NCBI GenBank assembly: GCA_947502835.1
Contig: CANNBJ010000002.1
Coordinates: 475,396 to 539,395 of the forward strand
From: Bdellovibrionales bacterium
Lineage (GTDB): Bacteria > Bdellovibrionota > UBA1018 > CAIMNF01
Direction of reading: 5' to 3'
Length of the DNA stretch: 64,000 nt
Every line of letters starts with the position of its first letter. The first letter of the stretch is position 1. Positions 46,872-55,820 of this stretch are shown piece after piece. Below the pieces are notes generated by a model. That model had not been told where the DNA came from, searched no databases, and saw only the letters and a program-made list of their open reading frames with translations. The position numbers were made by a program, and so were the translations under genes.

Positions 46872-49554
46872 AGGGGGCCTGAATCATGGCCCAGCATTCC
46901 CTCGGAAACAGCATGGAAACCGTGGTCCCGACATCCAGCATGGAGTCCACCTCAAGACGCGCACCCAGGCTGGTGAGAAACTCACGGGCAGCCCAGAGGC
47001 CAAGCCCGGACCCCTCAGCCTTTCCCCTGGTGAATCCGCGCACTCCCATGTGCTTCAGATCCTCTTCGGAAATGCCTTTCCCTTGGTCCATCACGGAGAG
47101 AATCAGGGATTGATCCTCCGCAAGTCGGACGCTGACCACGATCGCGGATTTGGCGGGAGATGCCTCGATGGCATTGTTCAGTAGATTCGAGATCACCCGG
47201 GCGAAGGTTTCTTTCTTCGCGAACAAACCAAGAGACTCCAGGGATTGATCAAAATCCAGATGGATCGGATTCCGCTTTGAGTGTTCAAGGATTTTCTCAG
47301 AAATCAGTGAATCGAGCGCTGACTTCACAGTCATCATCGAATCCAATGGAATTGCCGCCTTCGAGGCAGGACTCGCACATGTCCCAGAGACGGAATCTTT
47401 CAATCGGGGAGATGGATCAAGAGATGGTGGAATCGCCCTCAAGTCTTTTGCGATCTCTGAAATCCTCTCAACCGATTCGATGAGTGCACGCTTCTCCTCT
47501 GCCGAGACGCCCTCCACTCCGGGCAGGATTGCCCGAAGAACAAATAACGGCGATCGAATGTCGTGTTCCACCTGTTCTGCGGCGCGGATGCGTGAAATCT
47601 GGGCCTCGTGAATCTTCCTGATTTCAAGCAGATCGTCGAGATCACGTTTGAAGGAGGCCAGGTTCGAAGAGAGATTTTCCTCGGTCCTGTGGATGTCCGT
47701 GTTTCTGTTGATCGAATTCAGAATGAGTCCGAGCTGGCTCGACATGGCTCGGGAGAAACGAATGGATGCATACAGGGTTGTCAAGGCGGAGATCAGAAGC
47801 AGGAAGAAAATGATCCCCACTCTTTGTGCAAGTCCCATCCAGAGACTGGAGTGATCAAATGAGAGTTCAAACCAGCGATCCCTTGGGTTGGAAAGGAACT
47901 CTTTTCGGCGGGAAGTTCGGACCTCGGTGTTTCGTCCGGGGGGGCAGGAATGAAACACCCTTCCTCCATCGCTGAATGAGGCACACTTGATGGAGGGATG
48001 ACTTGAGAGGGCGCTGGAAAAATTCTTGAATTCGAACCCGTCTTTTGTTGCGGCTGGATTCTGGAGTGTTTTCCTGATTACGGTGACGATCGCGTCTTCA
48101 CGGCGGTTTGCTTCAAGTCCCGCTTTCACAATGGAATAGATCAACTCGGTACAAAACACCGACAGGAAAACGAAGAGGACCACCCGGCTGACCGCTTGGG
48201 CAATGAGGGATTCGATTGGTTTTGAGGAGGGTTCCTCAAGCGCATGCAAAAGAGCGATCGTAACAGAAGCGATGGTAAAGAGGCAAAAGAGCAGAGGCAG
48301 GGCTGCGCGATGCAGGCCTCCAGCGTCGACACATAACGAAATCAGCCCTAAAAACAGGTGACCGGCCGCTTTTGGGTTTTTCAAAAGGCCGGCGAACTCT
48401 GCCTTTGTTCGTTCCGGAGTTACCGAAATCCGTTTTCCGGTGAATGATCGAAGTGAGGAGTCGAGGGAGTTCCTTTGTTTTCGATTGGCTGGTGCAGGCC
48501 CGGAGATCAGCAGCCCCTCTGAAATAATGCTGGTAAGCAGGGTTGCCACGAGAAGTGTTCCGAACTGCAAAAGAATGCTGTTGTTTCCAAAGGAGAACAC
48601 ACAAACCGAACCTGCGGATAATGCGAAAAGACTCCCGATCCCGAAGGAGAAGCCAGTAGCTGACTCGACTTTCATTAGGCGAAAGAAGAGGACTTCGCGC
48701 AGCAGTTTTCGCAGGAGGATGAATCCCACACTGAAGAAGGGCACTGCAAACGCGAAGAACCTCGGAGAAGGTTCAAGTGTGGCAAAGACCCTGAAAATTT
48801 CGCCGGTGAGATGATTGCTTGATAAGAGTCCCAATGAAACCAGGAGTGTCACCAACCAGAAGTTCCGCTTCCTGCCGGAGGAGGGTTCTTCTTGTCCTTC
48901 GGATTCCTCCCGGCTTTTGTCACTCTTTTCGAAAAACCGGAGGAGAAAGTACTGCGCCAGACTGCAACACAGTGACAGCAGAATCCAAGAAATCCAGAGG
49001 CCGCGCATTGAGCTGTGAGACAAGTCCCGGTGAGCGCTTATGGCCGAATCGGTTCCGAAAAGTCCGGCGGAATGAAAGATCCTTGATGAAAAAGCGGCTG
49101 TACATCCGGCCAGCAGAAACCCGTAAAATCCCGAATGGATGCGGGGAGGAGCCTTGAATGCAAGTGGGGTGATGATTTCACTGAGGCCGCGGATCAAAAG
49201 GTGGATTGCGATGGCGAAAGTGAAATTACCTTCCGAGAATCCCGGGTGAAAGGCGATCGGGACTGTCACGAAAATGCTGATTAGATGGCTGATGTCATCG
49301 TTCAGGTCTCGATGTCGCTTGAAAGGAGTGATGATGCGGAGGATTCCTTTTGCGATGCTGTTTCCATGCCTTTTGTTATCGTGTCTCATGCGATTTTGTT
49401 TTCCGGCTTTTTGGTGAAAGTGTTCATTGGACGAGGTAAGAAGAGTGCACTCGAATCCCTGTCCCTTTGCCTGAAGCCGCACAGGGAGTGGTATCGTCTT
49501 TTGATCTGATCGTTTGTAGAGGGCGGGCTGAACCTTCGAGGAATTCAGCTGCAA
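46870..49554 (-). CDS. Sensor histidine kinase with large polytopic N-terminal membrane region
   Basis: The C-terminal part has an H-box (EQVEHDIRSPLFVL), an N-box (ISNLLNNAIEA) and G-boxes (DQGKGI, GSGLGLWAAREF). The N-terminal ~500 aa contain many hydrophobic segments. The start codon is uncertain. Confidence 0.8.
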   Translation of the reverse strand: MQLNSSKVQPALYKRSDQKTIPLPVRLQAKGQGFECTLLTSSNEHFHQKAGKQNRMRHDNKRHGNSIAKGILRIITPFKRHRDLNDDISHLISIFVTVPIAFHPGFSEGNFTFAIAIHLLIRGLSEIITPLAFKAPPRIHSGFYGFLLAGCTAAFSSRIFHSAGLFGTDSAISAHRDLSHSSMRGLWISWILLSLCCSLAQYFLLRFFEKSDKSREESEGQEEPSSGRKRNFWLVTLLVSLGLLSSNHLTGEIFRVFATLEPSPRFFAFAVPFFSVGFILLRKLLREVLFFRLMKVESATGFSFGIGSLFALSAGSVCVFSFGNNSILLQFGTLLVATLLTSIISEGLLISGPAPANRKQRNSLDSSLRSFTGKRISVTPERTKAEFAGLLKNPKAAGHLFLGLISLCVDAGGLHRAALPLLFCLFTIASVTIALLHALEEPSSKPIESLIAQAVSRVVLFVFLSVFCTELIYSIVKAGLEANRREDAIVTVIRKTLQNPAATKDGFEFKNFSSALSSHPSIKCASFSDGGRVFHSCPPGRNTEVRTSRRKEFLSNPRDRWFELSFDHSSLWMGLAQRVGIIFFLLLISALTTLYASIRFSRAMSSQLGLILNSINRNTDIHRTEENLSSNLASFKRDLDDLLEIRKIHEAQISRIRAAEQVEHDIRSPLFVLRAILPGVEGVSAEEKRALIESVERISEIAKDLRAIPPSLDPSPRLKDSVSGTCASPASKAAIPLDSMMTVKSALDSLISEKILEHSKRNPIHLDFDQSLESLGLFAKKETFARVISNLLNNAIEASPAKSAIVVSVRLAEDQSLILSVMDQGKGISEEDLKHMGVRGFTRGKAEGSGLGLWAAREFLTSLGARLEVDSMLDVGTTVSMLFPRECWAMIQAP

Positions 49555-50073
49555 TTTTTCGATTGGAAATCAGTCGGGCGTGGCGCGAGTGTCGCTGGAG
49601 TCGTTGCTCCTCTCAATGAAAGTAAAACCTCTTGGGCGCCCGCTGAGGAAGGGCGGGGAGAGCTTGAGAGATGGCTTGCCTGAGACTTGCGGTTTTATGA
49701 GCGGAAGCGGATTTGAGCAGTTGATGTTACGTTTGGGTACTTCGGATCTTTTTTTGTGAGTTGGATTCATTGTACAGCCTTTGATCGGAGCGCGAGCGTA
49801 TCAGTATTTTAAATGGGTACAATTTAATAATTCTAATGATCTCCCGGTCCGCGAGGCCGGGTTGGATCAGTCGGAATTCAGAATTGCAGGGACACGATTC
49901 ACCTTTCCTTGCATATTTTTATGGGCAGTTTCGAGTAAGCACCTGAAAGAATTTTGGTTTTTTGCCACGGTTTCAGACTTTCGCATCCCAATGATGCGGT
50001 TCTGGATTTGTCCAGTGTGACACCGGCTCGATGAGTTGACTGATTTTATCAATAATGCAACACTCTGCGTCAA

Positions 50074-50835
50074 ATGTGGTTGGGTCTATTCCTTTTTCAA
50101 CTCTTGGGTGTGGAGTCCCGTATAGTTTCAGGGTGTCACGGTTCGCCTATTGAATCGATGCCTCCAGAAGCGCGCGTTTTGGAGGAGATTCCATCACGAA
50201 GGGGATTTCTGTATCTCCATCGAATTCGGAAGAGAACTCCCACAATGGAGGAAAAGGGGGTGCACCTCAAGTACTGGAAGGCGGTTCTGAAGGCCGCGTT
50301 CCGCGAACACCTTGAGCGGGATCCAACCCCTGCAGAATTTGAGTTCCAAGAGGAGCGCCTGTTGGTTCTGGTCACTGAGCTCGTGAAGCATACCGAATAT
50401 GATGGAGACGGGAATTTCCTGCCACTTCCCTCCCAATCGAGTGACCATAAACTAGTTCGGATTTCAGGGTTCGATGTGATCAATTTGAGAAAGGGAGCGC
50501 TCGAGAATGAGGAGTTTTTCCGATCCAGGTTTCTATGTGTCGAAGGATACTGTTTTGTTCCCGATCTCTTTCATCTCAGGTCTGAATGGGGGACTGTTGA
50601 AAAGGATTTTCTTTTCCTGAGGTCCGATCGAAAGCCTGAAGGGAGGCGTAAAGCGGGATCAGTGAAGTGTCCCACTTTCAAGGATCGGACACGGAAATCT
50701 GTTGGTTTCACCGTGGAGTATCCGAAGAAACGCCATGAGAAAATCAGACTTCACTACCTTTCTGGCACCAGGGAGATGAAGGTCATTCGGACCAGGATTT
50801 TGGATCAGGTTCACTTTCGGTTTTCTGAGGACTGA
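50074..50835 (+). CDS. Hypothetical protein (orphan); start possibly at ATG 50245
   Basis: Long ORF in an AT-richer region. No motifs I can recognise. The downstream two thirds have protein-like composition (MEEKGVHLKYWKAVLKAAFREHLERD...). Confidence 0.4.
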   Translation: MWLGLFLFQLLGVESRIVSGCHGSPIESMPPEARVLEEIPSRRGFLYLHRIRKRTPTMEEKGVHLKYWKAVLKAAFREHLERDPTPAEFEFQEERLLVLVTELVKHTEYDGDGNFLPLPSQSSDHKLVRISGFDVINLRKGALENEEFFRSRFLCVEGYCFVPDLFHLRSEWGTVEKDFLFLRSDRKPEGRRKAGSVKCPTFKDRTRKSVGFTVEYPKKRHEKIRLHYLSGTREMKVIRTRILDQVHFRFSED

Positions 50836-50842
50836 ACTTTGT

Positions 50843-51036
50843 AACTGCTCCCGAAGATTGGACCTCGTCGGGTTCAAAACCGGTCCGAGGTTGCTTTTTT
50901 CCCGGGTTTTTAAACTAGCTTTTTGTGATTTTTCACAACAGCCGTGCTTCCTGAGGATGTCTGCCTGAAAAGGCTTATGGTTACGGGCTGTTATTGAAAA
51001 ACTCGTCTCCTTCAGGTCCAATCTTCCGGGGCACTT
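50843..51036. mobile_element. MITE-like element M3 with IS1-type TIRs
   Basis: AACTGCTCCCGAAGATTGGACCTCG (left) / TTCAGGTCCAATCTTCCGGGGCACTT (right). The right end overlaps the mnmA stop codon (51035-51037). Confidence 0.8.
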
Positions 51037-52126
51037 AGAAAATAACCCCGCCCCCAAGACAGACCTCATCCTGATAAAAAACCACGTATTGCCCGGGCGT
51101 TACTGCGCGTTGTGGAACGGTGAAATCGACGCGTACCGACTGATCCTCCAAAACGGTCACCATGCACTCCTGATCTGCCTGTCGGTATCGAGTCTTCGCG
51201 GTACAGCGGAAGGATTCTTCGGGTGGCTGACCTGAAAACCAATTCAGTTCCCGTGCTGACAAAGAGCTTCGATAAAGCTCCGGATGATCGGTGCCCCGGA
51301 CCACGATGAGTTCATTTCGTTCGATATCCTTTGCCACGACAAACCAAGGTTCGCCCTCCCCTCCCAATCCAAGGCCTTTGCGTTGGCCCAGGGTATAGAA
51401 AGCGACTCCGTCGTGTTTGCCGACAAAATCGCCTTCAATGGTACGGATGTTCCCGGGCTTTGCTTGAACGTATTGGCTGAGAAAGGATTTGAATTTGCGT
51501 TCTCCAATAAAACAGATCCCGGTGCTGTCTTTTTTGGTGCTCGTAGCAAGGTTGTGTTTTTTTGCGATTTCCCTCACCTCGGTCTTGGGAAGATGGCCAA
51601 TGGGGAAGAGGACTCGATCGAATACATTCCCCTTTACTGCTGTTAGAAAGTAGGTTTGATCCTTGAGCGGATCGTTTCCGCGAAGGAGCTCCATCTTGGA
51701 TCCATTCTGGGCAGGAGTGGACCGATCGCGCACTTGGGCGTAGTGACCAGTGGCGAGGAAGTCACAGCCAAACTCCAGAGCTTTCTTTAAAAAGAGATCA
51801 AACTTGATCTCCCGATTGCACAGTACGTCGGGATTCGGGGTGTAGCCTGCCTGGTACTGTCGCAGGAACTCACTGAAAACATGATTTCTGTACTCCTCAA
51901 TAAATTCAATGGAGTAGCAGGGGATGCCGAGCGAGGAGCTGACCTTCTGAACATCTTCGTAATCACGGGTCGCGGAACAGTTGCCGTCCTCGTCCGTTTC
52001 GTCCCAGTTCTTCATGAAAAGGCCAATCACATCATAGCCTTGTTCTTTAAGTAAAACGGCAGCTACGGAGGAATCAACACCCCCCGACATTCCCAGAATG
52101 ACTCTCTTGCCATGGCCGTTTTGCAT
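51035..52126 (-). CDS. mnmA: tRNA 2-thiouridine(34) synthase
   Basis: VILGMSGGVDSSVAAVLLKEQGYDV PP-loop, ATGHYA and KDQTYFL motifs. Confidence 0.9.
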   Translation of the reverse strand: MQNGHGKRVILGMSGGVDSSVAAVLLKEQGYDVIGLFMKNWDETDEDGNCSATRDYEDVQKVSSSLGIPCYSIEFIEEYRNHVFSEFLRQYQAGYTPNPDVLCNREIKFDLFLKKALEFGCDFLATGHYAQVRDRSTPAQNGSKMELLRGNDPLKDQTYFLTAVKGNVFDRVLFPIGHLPKTEVREIAKKHNLATSTKKDSTGICFIGERKFKSFLSQYVQAKPGNIRTIEGDFVGKHDGVAFYTLGQRKGLGLGGEGEPWFVVAKDIERNELIVVRGTDHPELYRSSLSARELNWFSGQPPEESFRCTAKTRYRQADQECMVTVLEDQSVRVDFTVPQRAVTPGQYVVFYQDEVCLGGGVIF

Positions 52127-52152
52127 GAAGGTTTCTTACCACAAATTGCTCG

Positions 52153-53149
52153 AACTGCCCCCAAAGATTGGACCTAATTCTCCACACAGTGACCTAATGC
52201 GCCTTATTCTGGCCTGATTCCTGAAATTCCCAGGGCATGAAATTGAAATGCCCGAATCTTAGCCATGATTTATCAGGTCCCGTTGCCTTTATTCCCCATC
52301 CCATCGTCCGGAAAGGCTACTACAGTCGCAAATCCGACAGTCGTAGGCTCCAGCGATTTCTGTGCAAGACCTGCGGCATCCGGTTCTCTCGCAGTACATT
52401 TAGCAACCGTTACTATCAAAAGGTCCGTCGGATCAATGAGCCGCTTCGCAGGCTTTTCGTGTCCGGGGTTTCCCAGAATCGCGCGGCCCGCATTCTTCGG
52501 GTGAGTCCGAATACAATTGCGAGACGATTTCTGTTTTTGGCGGAAGAAGCAAAGCGTTCACAAAAGAATTTCATTGCGGCGATTCCCAAACGTACCATTT
52601 CGAGCCTTCAGTTTGATGATCTCGAAACAAGCATTCACACCAAGTGCAAGCCCGTGAGTGTATGTCTTGCAGTTGAGTCAAAGACACGAAAAATACTGGG
52701 ATTTCAAGTGAATCAAATGCCGGCAAAGGGAAGGTTGGCGCTGGTTGCGCGAAAAAAATACGGACCACGCAGGGATGAGCGCTCACGCGGATGGAATCTG
52801 CTGCTGAAAGGGATGGGGCTTCTTGCAACAGAGGAGGTTCACATCACATCGGACGAGAACCCGCACTATCCGAAGTGGGTGAAAAGGCATCTTCCGAGTG
52901 CACGCCACACTCGGATCCCGGGTGGACGGGGTGCGATTACGGGGCAGGGAGAGCTGCGGGACAAGCGGTTTGATCCTATGTTTGCATTGAACCATACGTG
53001 CGCCATGCTTCGGGCGAATGTCAATCGGCTATTTCGAAAGACTTGGTGTACGAGCAAAAAAGTGGAGCGGCTTTGGGATCACATCGCGCTCTACGTGGAT
53101 TACCACAACCGTGAATTGACTTTGTCAGGTCCAATCTTCGGGGGCAGTT
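52153..53149 (+). mobile_element. IS1-family insertion sequence (single fused transposase ORF)
   Basis: TIRs are AACTGCCCCCAAAGATTGGACCT (52153-) and AGGTCCAATCTTCGGGGGCAGTT (-53149). The element is 997 bp and carries the transposase ORF. I saw no clear target-site duplication. Confidence 0.8.
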
Positions 53150-53229
53150 GTATCAGGACACGACAGTTTGAAGAGCACCCGATTCAATCGCATCGCACAA
53201 ACTCAGGCAGTGTTCGAGCATCACATTGA
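52237..53229 (+). CDS. IS1-family transposase (InsA-like Zn finger/HTH fused to InsB-like DDE domain)
   Basis: RKGYYSRKSDSRRLQRFLCKTCGIRFS parallels IS1 InsA ([21 protein letters not shown]). NHTCAMLRANVNRLFRKTWCTSKKVERLWDHIALYVDYHN parallels the IS1 InsB C-terminal motif. Candidate acidic residues sit in DDLETS and TSDENPHY. The ORF reads through the right TIR and ends 80 bp outside the element. Confidence 0.8.
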   Translation: MKLKCPNLSHDLSGPVAFIPHPIVRKGYYSRKSDSRRLQRFLCKTCGIRFSRSTFSNRYYQKVRRINEPLRRLFVSGVSQNRAARILRVSPNTIARRFLFLAEEAKRSQKNFIAAIPKRTISSLQFDDLETSIHTKCKPVSVCLAVESKTRKILGFQVNQMPAKGRLALVARKKYGPRRDERSRGWNLLLKGMGLLATEEVHITSDENPHYPKWVKRHLPSARHTRIPGGRGAITGQGELRDKRFDPMFALNHTCAMLRANVNRLFRKTWCTSKKVERLWDHIALYVDYHNRELTLSGPIFGGSCIRTRQFEEHPIQSHRTNSGSVRASH

Positions 53230-54367
53230 TCTGTGCCCGGTCGCCTCCCTGGAGTTTCTGGCTCAGTTCGAATTGACTTTGCATTGTGCGGAGAACGGAG
53301 CTCATCCTGTATTCGAGGCTCGCCTCATTTTTGATTCGCGCATCGGACGCAAGTCCACTCAATTGCTGGGAGATCTTTTCGGAGTTGATGACGATGTCCT
53401 CGATTCTACGCTCGTGGCTGAGTTGGGTGGATTTGAGGCGAATGAGAATCTCCTCAAACTCCTTCAGCCAACGAGCATAGTCGAGTTGTTGTGTTCCAGC
53501 CGAATGTGTGGTTGCGGAGGGAACGGTTGATTGACTCTGGTTTGAAAACTTTTGGAAGAGGCCGGGATTCAGGCGTGTTGCTCCGACTCCAAGGATGAAG
53601 CCGAAGAAAACCACCCCGAAGACCCACGGAAAGCTGTTGCTTCCCCCATTTCCTGATCCGAAGAAATCCCGTTTGATGGAGTCCCGCGATTGCACGGTGT
53701 CCTTCATTGCCTTCATGCTCTCATCGACCGCTGCCCATGCAGCGCCAGTTGAGAGGGAGTTGGAGGGAGCGGGTGAAATCTTCTTTGCGATCGGTTCGAA
53801 CTTCTTGTCGAGAATTCCCCGTTTTGCGATGGCGCGAGCCTGGGGAAACTGACGCGCTTTTCTCAGGGTCATGATTTCCTGCACTGTCACCAGGTATTGG
53901 CTGAATTCGGCTTCCACTCCCCATTGTCTGGGCAGGGGACTTTTCTTGATGGCTTCAAGTTGTTCCAAAAGTGATGCATTCAGTTCGGCCGCGAAAAGGT
54001 CCTTTGGAACCTCATTCACCGGCACTGGCGCAATGCTGGATGGATCCAGGGCCATGGCCCTCCAGAGATTTGACTGGAACCTGACGATTTCGGGCCATTG
54101 GAGATTGTTTTCGGCGGTCGCAGAATCCTTGGAGGACTGGATCGCCCGTTCAAGTTCAGAGAAGGCTTCTTGAAGACCTGCCGGGGGAGCTTCGTGTGAC
54201 ATTGGAGTCTTGGTTTCGCCGCCTTGGTTGCGGGACTCTGAATTCGTGTGGGATTCACCAAAGGCGACACGCGATTCAGACCCGAGGCTCCGCGAAGCGG
54301 TTCCGGCAATTACGATTGCTGCGATGACGATCCATCCGTTGATCTTCATTTGGAAGTCCCTTTCCAT
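53153..54367 (-). CDS. Hypothetical membrane protein
   Basis: N-terminal signal/TM segment, a central TM segment (FPWVFGVVFFGFILGVGA) and helical N- and C-terminal halves. No recognisable family. Confidence 0.5.
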   Translation of the reverse strand: MERDFQMKINGWIVIAAIVIAGTASRSLGSESRVAFGESHTNSESRNQGGETKTPMSHEAPPAGLQEAFSELERAIQSSKDSATAENNLQWPEIVRFQSNLWRAMALDPSSIAPVPVNEVPKDLFAAELNASLLEQLEAIKKSPLPRQWGVEAEFSQYLVTVQEIMTLRKARQFPQARAIAKRGILDKKFEPIAKKISPAPSNSLSTGAAWAAVDESMKAMKDTVQSRDSIKRDFFGSGNGGSNSFPWVFGVVFFGFILGVGATRLNPGLFQKFSNQSQSTVPSATTHSAGTQQLDYARWLKEFEEILIRLKSTQLSHERRIEDIVINSEKISQQLSGLASDARIKNEASLEYRMSSVLRTMQSQFELSQKLQGGDRAQINVMLEHCLSLCDAIESGALQTVVS

Positions 54368-54373
54368 GAATTC

Positions 54374-55597
54374 CTATCGACCGACGATGCGATCCTCTGA
54401 ATGGGAATTGTTTGCCGGCACGGTGCGAACATTCGCAGCCCAGAACACCACTCCGAGCACCAAGAGGGAGTAGGCAAGAAATGCCGGTTTGTTTTGAAAT
54501 ACGGGAGTGTTCACCGATTCTCCGCAGGAGTGGATCTCCTTGATCCGTGATGCTTCGGAGGGATAGAGATTTCCGGATAAAATGCGCAGAACCCGGTTTG
54601 ATGTCCGAATCTTTCCGCAGGAGAGCTTTTCGATCGCAGTCACCAGTGCATCACTGCTTGCGCCCATTCGGACTGCGAGCAAATCAGCCTCGTGTTCCTG
54701 TTTTGTGATCACCTTTGACAGAAAGAATGCTTGGGAAAAGACACTTCCGAAGATCGAAACGGCGATCAGGGGCAGGTTTTTTGGAAAAAGAAAGGCGACC
54801 GGAACCGAGATCCAGAATGCACAGAGAGTCATCAGGAAAACAGAGGAGAAGATTCGCTTGGAGCCGTGATGGTTTTGAGCATGCGCGGCTTCGTGGAATG
54901 CAACAGCCAGAATTTCCTGATGGTTCAACTCACGGATCAAGGGAAGTGTGATGAAGAGGGTTTGCCCCATGAAACCTGCGGCAAGGGGGGATCCGGTGAT
55001 GAAGGCGTTCTTCACCTCCGATTCAGGATCGTCAATCAGGAAGACTCCGGAGAGGGGAATTCCTTCCTCTTTGAATTTCGCCTCGATTTCCAGCCTGAGA
55101 GGGGAATCCGCGAGGGGAGAACATGCATGTTGCATTCGTACGAACAGGGGTGTGAAAAACGGGATCGCAAAGGGCAGAAGCAAGATCGAGAGGTGGAACT
55201 TCGAAAAAAGAAGACACAATCCTGCGCCCACGACGAGTCTGCTGCCGTTCCTCCGGAGGGACGCCAGATGGGTTGCTCGTGTGTGTTCCGGGGTGGGGCG
55301 TACTCTGCGATTCATTTCGGTCTGATATCGACCCGCGAATTGGTACAGGAAAGAAAACGAGATGATCGCAGCAAAGAGCAGAACCATCGCGGAATTCTGG
55401 GAGTTCCGATTGAAGAGAAATCCTCCCGCAAAGAGAATTCCGAAGATCAGCATCGAGAGGCGGGTGGTTTTGTTTTGAACGGTTTCCGCGAGAATCGGCC
55501 GTGTGCGATCGAGCCAATTCTTGAAGTAAAATGGCACTCCCGTGATTCCGGCAATGCAGGTCCAGACTGCGATATGGTTTGAGCTCGGGTTTAACAT
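54374..55597 (-). CDS. M48-family (HtpX/Ste24-like) membrane zinc metallopeptidase
   Basis: AVAFHEAAHAQNHH (HExxH) lies in a polytopic membrane protein, with a later EHEAD segment. Confidence 0.7.
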   Translation of the reverse strand: MLNPSSNHIAVWTCIAGITGVPFYFKNWLDRTRPILAETVQNKTTRLSMLIFGILFAGGFLFNRNSQNSAMVLLFAAIISFSFLYQFAGRYQTEMNRRVRPTPEHTRATHLASLRRNGSRLVVGAGLCLLFSKFHLSILLLPFAIPFFTPLFVRMQHACSPLADSPLRLEIEAKFKEEGIPLSGVFLIDDPESEVKNAFITGSPLAAGFMGQTLFITLPLIRELNHQEILAVAFHEAAHAQNHHGSKRIFSSVFLMTLCAFWISVPVAFLFPKNLPLIAVSIFGSVFSQAFFLSKVITKQEHEADLLAVRMGASSDALVTAIEKLSCGKIRTSNRVLRILSGNLYPSEASRIKEIHSCGESVNTPVFQNKPAFLAYSLLVLGVVFWAANVRTVPANNSHSEDRIVGR

Positions 55598-55682
55598 CCT
55601 TGTCCTCCCGAGGATCAGTTCGGCTGAATTGAGGATTCAATGAAGAGGCAGATTTAGCCGGGTTCCAGGGGGAGGCCGGGTG

Positions 55683-55705
55683 AAGTGCCCCCGAAGAGTG
55701 GTCCC
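55683..55705. repeat. Solo/degenerate copy of the IS1-type TIR
   Basis: AAGTGCCCCCGAAGAGTGGTCCC matches the left-end TIR consensus. No partner right end lies between it and the next gene. Confidence 0.6.
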
Positions 55706-55820
55706 GGAGTCGAGGGTGCGGTCTATATGTGCTGGTAATGATGACGTTTTTCTTGGCGATTGCCTCGCAATCCCGGAATGTTTGGTTTTGCGCGCCGGCA
55801 TAAGTTCAAGGTGAGAGAGG

